Assembly (NCBI GenBank): GCA_051942245.1
Contig: JAVECL010000250.1
Span: 1-32,891, forward strand
Direction of reading: 5' to 3'
Length of the DNA stretch: 32,891 bases
Source of the DNA: Trypethelium eluteriae
Lineage: Eukaryota
Of this stretch, positions 25,017 through 32,891 are shown piece by piece. How positions within the stretch are numbered: position 1 is the first letter of the stretch; every line of letters starts with the position of its first letter. A model generated the notes under the pieces. The model was given only the letters and a program-made list of their open reading frames with translations. It was not told the origin of the DNA and searched no databases. The position numbers and the translations under genes were made by a program.

Positions 25017-25868
25017 ATGGCAACTTCCGGCCTCGAGGACTCCACTGACACGCCCTCCCTTGATCGCGTCCCCTCCGCGCCATCCCGTCCAACTCTCTCC
25101 AACGCAGGACGTCCCCTTCTCCGTCGCCTCGACTCGAGTGCTGGTGGCCTTTTCAAACCTCCAACGCTCACCCATTTGAAAGGTCGCTGGCATGTCACCC
25201 ACTCGACCCTACCAATCTGGAAGGATAAGAAGAACGTCACGATCACGTACACAATCCTTCCCGACAAGAAGGATGGTAGCAAAGGGCTCTTCAAGAAGTC
25301 AGGAAGCGAAGCGGAATGCGATGCGAGCATTCAGGAGAAGAGTGTAGATGGAATAGAAGGTGGAGAGGGAGAAGACGGAGGCGTGGAGAGCCACAAGCTC
25401 GAAGACGTGATCGAGTACCAGGAGCATGGGAAAAGCAAGGTCTGCACGGTGAAAGGCGTGGACACAATCTCTGCGGGAGACAACACCTCAGCGTGGAATT
25501 GGCGCGGAAAGGGAATCATCAAGATTGCGAGTTCGCATTGGGAGATCTTGGGATGGGGTGTTGATAACTCCACTATCTCTACGTCAACCCAACCTCAGAC
25601 CGAAGCAGGCGAAAAGACAAATGGCACCGTGATCAACGGGTATGAAGCGACCGACGGCCCACACGAGCGCCAATGGATGGTGACTTATTTCGCCAAGACG
25701 TACTTTACGCCCGCAGGCATGGACATCTACAGCCGGCATCCGGATGGAGTGAGCGAAAAGCTGTTTGACGAGATACGGCAGGCCCTGACGGAGATCGACG
25801 CGCCGCATTTGGCGGAGCTTGCAGGCAAGCTGTATCAGGTAGGAAGAGATGGAGATCGAGAATTCTGA
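25017..25868 (+). CDS. Uncharacterised lipocalin/calycin-like fungal protein, 283 aa
   Basis: ATG in ACCACCATGG context. LKGRWHVTHSTLPIW (lipocalin GxW), NVTITY, WNWRGKG..IASSHWEILGWG and WMVTYFAKTYFTPAGMDIYSR. Confidence 0.75.
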   Translation: MATSGLEDSTDTPSLDRVPSAPSRPTLSNAGRPLLRRLDSSAGGLFKPPTLTHLKGRWHVTHSTLPIWKDKKNVTITYTILPDKKDGSKGLFKKSGSEAECDASIQEKSVDGIEGGEGEDGGVESHKLEDVIEYQEHGKSKVCTVKGVDTISAGDNTSAWNWRGKGIIKIASSHWEILGWGVDNSTISTSTQPQTEAGEKTNGTVINGYEATDGPHERQWMVTYFAKTYFTPAGMDIYSRHPDGVSEKLFDEIRQALTEIDAPHLAELAGKLYQVGRDGDREF

Positions 25869-26886
25869 AGCTGGGGGGCGTGAATGACATGCGTCTGTAC
25901 AGTGTAATGGGATTAAAAGAGAGCATAGAAAGGCGAGGACTGGTGCTAATGATTTAGCTCTCCGTGAGTGTTAATATCTGAAATAGAGTTGCGCATAGTG
26001 AGAAGGCAAGCCTTTGTTGTGAGCAATCGAGATCAACCAATGTGTTCTAGGGAAATTATGCAGGGCCATGGCACGGTCGCTCATCGTTCTAAGGCTCGCC
26101 AAGCATTCTCCTCGATCATCTATAGTCTATAATTTCTCCTGAGGGGCTACAGGGTTGTTTTAAAATTCCTCTACGAGACCACTTCTGGACTATACATGGC
26201 CACTGTGTCTGTCTTGTGATCCGATACCGTGTCCAGATTCCCGACCGCTCTCTCGGCCCTTTCGATCCCTTTCAGACGGCAAGGTGGGCATTCCCTTGGT
26301 GGCTACAGACCAATGCAACGACCGCCGCTAAGCCAGCGGGTCTATTCTCCCAGCATGGATGAGTGTGCCCGTTCACTCTACATATCTTCTCTTGCTCCAT
26401 ACCGGTCAACTAGAAGATTCCAAGATCGATGAAAACGATGAGCCATAGCGGCTTGCAACGGAAGTATTACATGCGTCTGTAGCCGCGCTCGATGGAACGG
26501 CATGGCGAACAGCTCGCTAAAGCGCACAGTAACTTTTATCGGCACTGTGGGACGAGCTTGACGTATCCGGTCTCCGCATACTTGAGAGTTTTCTGAATAG
26601 CTCGATGCGATTCAGGGACAATAGATTCCGGAGATTGGGAGCAGGAGTGGCTGAAGCTAGATAGGCATGGGTGTCGGAGAAGAGGATCATGTGGCTGCAG
26701 CTGATTTTTATGGTCAATGAGTTTTATCGAATAAAGATGCATGGGCTACGAAACGCTGTTGTGGATTCTTCATGCAAAGTGTATTATCTTAGAGCCAAAG
26801 GCTAAAACTGCTAGCCTCTGTCCCCAAGATATTGCAGTAGGGGTGCGGGTTAGGGAAGCGCTCACTCGAAATTTCTCCAAATGATA

Positions 26887-27027
26887 TTATCACCCAACAA
26901 TACCATGGAGTTCTTGGTTTCATTCAGAGTCAGACTTTGTCGCCTGTCAATTTGGAAGTATACGTCGCCTGCCATGCTGCGACTATTTGGGATGTGGACG
27001 CTCTCGAAGTAGTCCTTGGAATCTTCA
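26887..27027 (-). pseudogene. 141-bp decayed internal fragment of the EthD gene (direct repeat of 29839-29979)
   Basis: Gapless manual alignment with 25 mismatches in 141 nt (about 82% identity). It translates KDYFESVHIPNSRSMAGDVYFQIDRRQSLTLNETK versus KDYYENVHIPTILSMAGDVCFQIHRRQYLTLNETK. Confidence 0.93.
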
Positions 27028-27654
27028 CTCTGTCCGTAGTAAGTCGAAATCTGAGTTGCGCCTCCTCGAAGCTCGTTCATCTGGATAGGATGAGGACGGT
27101 CGACCAGGCGGAAGTGATGTATAAAGGCCTGGCATTTGCTGACGCTCGCCACTCAGCATTTGGATATCGGTCAATAAACAAAGCAACCCCCAGTGTCTTT
27201 CCCTCAATATATCATGTTGAAGGATCAATCTTCGAGCCATTTTCGCAAAGCTTGAGTACTGAGGTCCACAGACTATTGCGGCATGCGGAGTTGCATAGCG
27301 CTGATTAAGGCCAACGAGGAAGCATCTCAGTGTAAAATAAGGATTGCTCGGTCCTTCAGAGCTATGCGCTTGTCGTAGTCTGACCTGCCTCTCATACAGA
27401 ATATCTATGATGCGAGGAGCGATGGTGGACCAGATGTTGCTGAGCTTACCCTTAGTTTGCCAAAGACTGAACGGCCCTGACTTGCAGACAAAAGATCCGA
27501 AGCAGTCTTCAAACTCCGGATCTGTTCTTTTGAAGGTCCTGAAAAGCCCTGGGCGGAGCTTTACGTCGAGGCTTCCCCCTGGTGGCGCACCAGCAAAAGT
27601 GTCAAAGCTTCCCTCCAGTGGTGCTTCAACCAAGGTGAGAGGCCGGCCTGCCAT
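27025..27654 (-). CDS. Hypothetical protein, 209 aa, probably 3'-truncated
   Basis: ATG-initiated ORF with a globular-looking core (WSTIAPRIIDIL...CFLVG..YATPHAAIVC..MARRLILQHDIL). Its TGA stop is the first codon-length of the EthD-derived repeat. Confidence 0.55.
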   Translation of the reverse strand: MAGRPLTLVEAPLEGSFDTFAGAPPGGSLDVKLRPGLFRTFKRTDPEFEDCFGSFVCKSGPFSLWQTKGKLSNIWSTIAPRIIDILYERQVRLRQAHSSEGPSNPYFTLRCFLVGLNQRYATPHAAIVCGPQYSSFAKMARRLILQHDILRERHWGLLCLLTDIQMLSGERQQMPGLYTSLPPGRPSSSYPDERASRRRNSDFDLLRTE

Positions 27655-27978
27655 TGACAGTCACCCGCATGTGGATGATCGCATAACTCTCGCAGCAATG
27701 TCATTCAATTCGTCACGACATTCCACAGTAGAAATCGAATGTAAGTGTTCATCAAATGGCGAGGTTGGAGGAGATGGATCTGACCTGATCTAGTCTCGCG
27801 CGTCAGCAGCCCAAAACGGGTGGCTGATCACTCAGCCAATAGGATGAAAGTGCCTTCGCGCCCTTGCAGATCCTCGAATCTGCCTTGCTCCGCCTCATTT
27901 GCCTTCCTGCAAAACGACCATATGGGATGATAGAGAAAATGGCGATCAACTATCTCGCAGTAACAGAGGTTCTCCGAG

Positions 27979-29088
27979 ATGATGGAGGAAGTGACCGAGA
28001 AATCGCTCCGCTCGAACCTACGGGCTCCTGTCACATCCGAGCAACATCGCACCAACATCATCTCAAGATTCTGGCGATCCGCTCCGACAGAATCCGATGT
28101 ACAAAGTGATGCTCTGAGGGCATACTTTGAATACTACCGAGAAGAATGTTGTAGTGCAAATATCCCCGTCCACTCAGTGCAAGCTCCCAACTCCCACCAG
28201 GATATCCTCCATATCGTCGAGCTCCTGATTGACAAGAGTGGAACATCGAAATCGGACGTCTTAGAACACTATCGTGATGTCTACGACTACTTCTTTGAGG
28301 AACAATACGCTCCTTTGTCAGACACATTTGAGTTAGCCGCTCGACTCTGGCTTATGGTCAATATCCGTTCCCCCAATCCAGACCTTGGCAGCTATGTGTC
28401 TTTCAATACCGCCCTGCCCTGGCCCGACGAGAAATCCGTCGCAGAGATACTTAGGGACAATTTCACCATCGACTGTGTAATGAAAGCCCAACGTAAAGCA
28501 TTCAGCAAGCGTTTCACGCTGTACCATCTCGAAAAAATCGCCGGCTTCCAAATCCTGTGGACCGATAATCTGCTCGATCATCTACGGCTCGTCGATGACA
28601 CAATCTACATTTTTCACAACGTAACTGTACTCCGCTTTCTCCTCGCCGCCAATCTGCACGTCTACCCGGACTCCTTTCTCCAAGAAACCCTTAACTCCAT
28701 CTCCCTTTTGCTCCCGTCTAGCATCATTGAATGCAATACCTGGCTCAAATCCCGCTCTCACCACTCCCGACCCTTGCTATTCCCGCACCAGCGGCGCCGG
28801 CGTCACCAAATCGACTCCACGTTACGCTATCTGCCTTCCGCTCCACGGGAAGTAGAAGCGTATTCCTACTGGAAAGAGAGGTTGTTAGTAATCGAAGAAG
28901 CGTTCGAGGAGCACGAGCCCGCGACGCTCAGTCAGTGGTACTATGATCAAAGGAAGAAGGCGCAGAGCTATTTCTTCTGGATTGGAGTGTCGGGCTTGGT
29001 ACTGACGACTCTGTTTGGCTTTGTGAGCATGGTTGCGAGTGTGATACAGGCATGGGCGAGCGTGCAGGCCCTGCGGAGGGTTTCTTGA
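27979..29088 (+). CDS. Uncharacterised fungal protein with a C-terminal transmembrane segment, 369 aa
   Basis: Intact ORF. Motifs LAARLWLM, LEKIAGFQILWTDNLLDHLRL, ETLNSISLLLP, YWKERL and QWYYDQR are followed by hydrophobic YFFWIGVSGLVLTTLFGFVSMVASVIQAW. It resembles a widespread unnamed Pezizomycotina family (from recall). Confidence 0.85.
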   Translation: MMEEVTEKSLRSNLRAPVTSEQHRTNIISRFWRSAPTESDVQSDALRAYFEYYREECCSANIPVHSVQAPNSHQDILHIVELLIDKSGTSKSDVLEHYRDVYDYFFEEQYAPLSDTFELAARLWLMVNIRSPNPDLGSYVSFNTALPWPDEKSVAEILRDNFTIDCVMKAQRKAFSKRFTLYHLEKIAGFQILWTDNLLDHLRLVDDTIYIFHNVTVLRFLLAANLHVYPDSFLQETLNSISLLLPSSIIECNTWLKSRSHHSRPLLFPHQRRRRHQIDSTLRYLPSAPREVEAYSYWKERLLVIEEAFEEHEPATLSQWYYDQRKKAQSYFFWIGVSGLVLTTLFGFVSMVASVIQAWASVQALRRVS

Positions 29089-29651
29089 TCAGCATTTGAG
29101 AAGAAGCATTGAGTTACTAGGAAACGGGCGCGAGCACCTAGACATTTGTGATTGAGTTGTGGATGCGTTTTTTTAGGACGTTTGCAGCTCTACAATGCCT
29201 ATCCTACAGATTGCATGCGTGTACGGCCGGAACGATGAAGGGTATGTGTGGTTGCAGTCCATGCGACTCGCAATACTGTATCAAAATGCTGATATTTGTA
29301 CGCCGTGCAATGCATCAACAAATCCTCATACACTTTGGACTCACATGTATAGTCTTTTTGCAAGCCGGAGAATTGTCTGTGCCTCATCATTCGTAGCTTT
29401 GGATTGCAAACCCAAGCTTGGGCATTGCGTTCTAATAATTGGTATGTCGCTAGTAACAGGCGAGAAACCCCCTTAATAAAGCAGTCCACTATCGTAATCC
29501 GAGATCGGGTCATAGGAAATATCGTGAGCAGTGTCCCTTTCTGCCATGGTAACCTTTTCGTAGGAGACCTTCTCGCGGCGTTACACGTACCCAGGCTTCG
29601 CCAGACGTCTACCCCTACACCAAAACTTGCACCGCTTTTATCCATGCATGC

Positions 29652-30029
29652 CTACTTTGATGTAACATGAGTCTCGCTCACAACGATGTGCATCAAGCTT
29701 GTTGTATCCACAAAGTTGGCCTCGTCCGTGATCCGCTTTGGCCCATTCTCTTCATTACTCATGAGCGCAACGAATTTCTGGCAGGCGGCCTCGTCTTCGA
29801 ACTCAAGATCGACAACACAATCGTAGTTGAAAGCTTCTTTATCACCCAACAGCACCACGGGCTTCTTTGTTTCATTCAGGGTCAGGTACTGTCGCCTGTG
29901 AATCTGGAAGCATACGTCGCCTGCCATGCTGAGGATAGTTGGGATGTGAACATTCTCGTAGTAGTCCTTAAAAGCTTCAGGACTCATGCCAGGTTTGCGC
30001 TTAACGAAAGCCACAATATTAAAACCCAT
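29652..30029 (-). CDS. EthD-domain (dimeric alpha/beta barrel) protein, 125 aa
   Basis: First ATG at 30029. KRKPGMSPEAFKDYYENVHIP, YDCVVDLEFED and DEANFVD are the EthD signature. Confidence 0.92.
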   Translation of the reverse strand: MGFNIVAFVKRKPGMSPEAFKDYYENVHIPTILSMAGDVCFQIHRRQYLTLNETKKPVVLLGDKEAFNYDCVVDLEFEDEAACQKFVALMSNEENGPKRITDEANFVDTTSLMHIVVSETHVTSK

Positions 30030-30256
30030 TATTAGCTGGCTCTGTGAAGTAGTTCGCGAGGTTTCCAATATAATCGAACAAAATTTTTTGAGAATTTATT
30101 GGTTGTAGATCGCAGCAGAAATTGCAGCTCTGCTTCGACGCATACCTTAGGTAGATTTATATGAATAGGGGTCTATCCGGTGAGATTGCCTACCGTCGGG
30201 GGTGTGGTTGTATCGTATGAACAGACCCCCGCAATCAGCCAATTAATGCTACGGTA

Positions 30257-30298
30257 CGGGTCTCTCCCGTCAGTCGCCCGCGCCCACCACTCGCCCGC
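30257..30298. repeat. Terminal inverted repeat of the transposon with an internal direct repeat CA(G/C)TCGCCCGC
   Basis: CAGTCGCCCGC at 30271-30281 and CACTCGCCCGC at 30288-30298, with a partial inverted partner at 32883-32891. The exact outer boundary could be 30252 (a second TA at 30250-30251). Confidence 0.7.
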
Positions 30299-30414
30299 CT
30301 CAATTCAGTTCTACCACCTTAGCTTTGACGTCAAATGTCTCAACACCTAGAGTAGCTAGAATAATATAAATTATACTAGGAAGTGTATTCTAATTAGGCG
30401 CTTTTTTTGAGTCG

Positions 30415-32865
30415 CTAAATTTCTTCAGAAAGCCATTTTGGAGGGCGTTTGTGGCGCTGAGGTTGTCTAGAGCTAGAAGAGGCTTCAGCAACAATCTCTC
30501 GGAGATCTACCTCCACCACATTATTTTGAGGTTGATTTAGTGGTGGAGGTTGTTTTTGTCTAGATCTACCTTGGTGTTTAGCTTTATTTTAGACCTGCCT
30601 ATCTATTGTTCGCTGCTCTAAAGCCTCATGTTTTTGCTGAGCTTCAGCTTCCTTCTGTAAACGACGCCTAAATCAAGCTTCCTCACGCTCTTGTTGACGT
30701 TGTGCTTTAGCCTCAACTTCTATTTGCTTTGCAGCTTGTTTTTAAAGCTGTCTCTCACGCCTCTAATAATATTTCTCTTGCTCAGCCTCCTTTTTTTGGA
30801 TATTAGCGTTATGAATAGCCTTTACTTTTAACAGGGTGTAAATAACTGCACCACTATGCTTATCAGGCATCTTTAACACCTTTCAACCTTTCTGCTTTTG
30901 TTCCTAAAGCTTTATTATCTCTTTAAGACCCTGCATTTCGTGTTTTAGTACTTAATTCTTAGCTTCTTATTTAAGTAACTTTGCTGCAAAATAGTCAATC
31001 TCAGATTAAAGTGTAGAATCCACCTATATAGCAATTTGTCAACATATTTACCTCATAGCTGCTGGAGGTATATATGTAAAGGAACATAAGCTAGAGGCTT
31101 AATCTCAATTTATATGTTTATCTAATAATATTGATATTTAATCAAGAATAATAGCTGGATTAAATAAATAAAGGCCTGTTTTTTGCCACCCACTCTTAAT
31201 ATTTAATATTAAGAAAGCTTTCTCAAACGCAGGCCAAAAAAGCATAAAGAAGTCTAATTTTTGGAGGCGTGTTAATCCTTATAACTTTATTATCCAGTTA
31301 TCTAAGTTTTATAAATAATATATAACAAAAGGGCTGAATAGGCTTATGTCTAAGGGCTGAAGGCGATAAGTTAAATAAGGTGGAAATACTCCAATAAGGA
31401 TTTAATATGTATCACAAAAGTTAAGGAAAGCGCTATTAATATGGCTCCTATAGCCATCAATAATAAGAAGCCTTATATCTCATCCATTTTATGCTATTTT
31501 CTTTGTGGTTTTTTTAAATACCTTAGAGAGCTAATAAAAACCTATTTTATTATTTGTCCAGCCTAAAGGTGAGCTTATAAAGCTACAAGTATGCTTTACT
31601 GGGTTAAAATCCTGTAGCCAGGTGTCCTAAAAATCGCCAGATTTGGCTTTAAAAACCACAGTTAGTGGTAATACTTTACCAGCTATGGATATTAATGCTA
31701 GGATTATTACCCACATTTAATTACTATCCACGCCGGCTCCCTTTAAAATACCTTATTTGTAAGATGCTTTAAAGAAAACTCTTTTTATCTTGCCAATTTG
31801 GCCGATACAAAAACCTTTCTTATCCATGTTATAAATATTGTGCGGGAGGATATTATATTTCTTAAGTTTTTGGCGTATCTATATTAATATTAGGCTAGAA
31901 ACAACAAAAATTGGTTAACTTACTAGGTTAAAATAAAGGCTGAGATGTTAATAATTATCTGCTTGCTTTTATGAAAGCTTAAATGAGGTTAAATATAGGC
32001 TATCCAGCTCTGTATAATGTTGTTTAATAAACTGTAAAAGCCAGTTCTTTCCAACTGTGGTTTTTGTTATGAGCCTATACCCCCTGGTACAAGCACCGCT
32101 TGTAACAGGTACGTAGAAGGGTCTCAGGGTTTTTTCACGTAGGAGCGGAGTGTCAAGGATCCAATGATGTAAGAAGGGTCACTAAGCTTTGAACAACTTA
32201 ATCGTGAATAAGGTCTTGTTCAATTTGGCTCGTAACTGACTGTAGATACAGCTTTGGTATGATACAGTAAAGTAATAAAACGCAAGGAGAAAAGTGAGAG
32301 TGTGCTCGGAACTCAGTGCCTTAAATAATCACTCCTTCTCCACTACAGCTTTCCTTCTCGCTGGTGTCGCAGCGAGGAGGGCGAGATGTCGTCTCGCTCT
32401 CTGCGAGGTGAGATCTCGCTCGTCTCGCTGCGAGATGGTCGAGGCGTCCGTGCTACGTCCCTGCTTACTCCTGTTGCGAGACGCGCCTAGTGTTACGCGA
32501 TTGGCGCACTACAAGTAGTGGCTACCTCCAACGCGTCCTTGGTCAGGAGCGTTCGTAACAGTTTTTGCTATATTCTTAGCCAAATTTTAAGTTAATTTTA
32601 ATGTAAGAGGAATACCACGCTGTAAAAGCTTATTTATATAGCTGACTAGAGCACGCTCTTATTATTGTGATAGCTTTGTTTAGTTATCTAGGTGCGCCAC
32701 TAAAATAGACTACTAAACGCCTTTATGGCAACGCAACAATATCGTTCTTAAGACATTAAATTTTTTAGCTATATCAGAATAAACAGGATGTTTTTCCGCG
32801 TCTGCTGCTGCAATTGCCGACCGAAAATTCTCAGAATCCGTGGAGTTATTAGTGTGCGAAGGCAT
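30415..32865 (-). pseudogene. Degenerate pogo-type DDD transposase (HTH + CENP-B HTH + DDE_1), interrupted by a solo LTR
   Basis: MPSHTNNST...IAKKFNV.RT, ERALVSYINKL..RGIP, VGKNW, NIYNMD(K)KGF, GWTNN, RLLIIDG(Y)(R)SH, RLQPLD and C-terminal HKRPPKWLSEEI*. There are many TAA/TAG stops at presumed Gln/Trp codons. Confidence 0.92.
32065..32560 (-). mobile_element. Solo LTR (496 bp) nested in the transposase
   Basis: Ends TGTTATGA...TCGTAACA (TG..CA, 7/8 inverted repeat) with a 5-bp target duplication GTTTT at 32060-32064 and 32561-32565. Removing it restores the frame (NIAKT|TVGKNW). A TATTTAAG on the minus strand near 32320-32327 suggests orientation. Confidence 0.92.
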
Positions 32866-32891
32866 GATCAAATCGAGGTTTTTGGTGGGCG

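Larger units (their letters stand above)
30257..32891 (-). mobile_element. pogo/Fot1-like (Tc1-mariner superfamily) DNA transposon, RIP-inactivated, right TIR cut by window edge
   Basis: TA at 30255-30256 is followed by a GC-rich TIR-like end. The last 9 nt of the window (TGGTGGGCG) are the reverse complement of 30281-30289. The interior is an AT-rich degenerate transposase. Confidence 0.9.

Noticed and set aside
26847..26855. GGGTTAGGG telomere-like unit near the EthD fragment junction
   Set aside because: Single unit, expected by chance.
25900..26886. Possible continuation of the truncated 209-aa gene or other pseudogene remnants
   Set aside because: The frames I translated were short and stop-interrupted, with no protease or other motif recognisable.
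32101..32107. TGTAACA as an alternative LTR start
   Set aside because: No matching target-site duplication, whereas the 32065 boundary gives a perfect GTTTT TSD and restores the transposase frame.

Overview
Fungal (filamentous ascomycete, Pezizomycotina-type) nuclear DNA with short GT-AG introns and CTRAC/CTAAY branch points. Bases 1-22.3 kb are a gene-dense, mostly housekeeping block: an unannotated intronless ORF of at least 667 codons running off the left edge (absent from the ORF track), an atypical dual-specificity phosphatase, Hsp110/HSP88, CENP-L/Fta1, pyruvate dehydrogenase E2 (LAT1), SEC7, a cupin and cullin-1. From 23 kb the region looks accessory: an orphan protein with SUMO/ubiquitin-like hallmarks, a lipocalin-like protein, and a head-to-head pair of uncharacterised genes bracketed by an EthD gene and a 141-bp decayed copy of it. 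The window ends in a RIP-destroyed pogo/Fot1 DNA transposon carrying a nested 496-bp solo LTR. The most intriguing signals are (i) a 195-nt, in-frame, stop-free intron in HSP88 whose retention would insert a bipartite NLS into the acidic loop, and (ii) the divergent gene pair at 27.0-29.1 kb, possibly a protease-associated/membrane-effector module, whose left gene is cut off exactly at the EthD fragment. Family assignments come from motif recognition only; no database searches were run.
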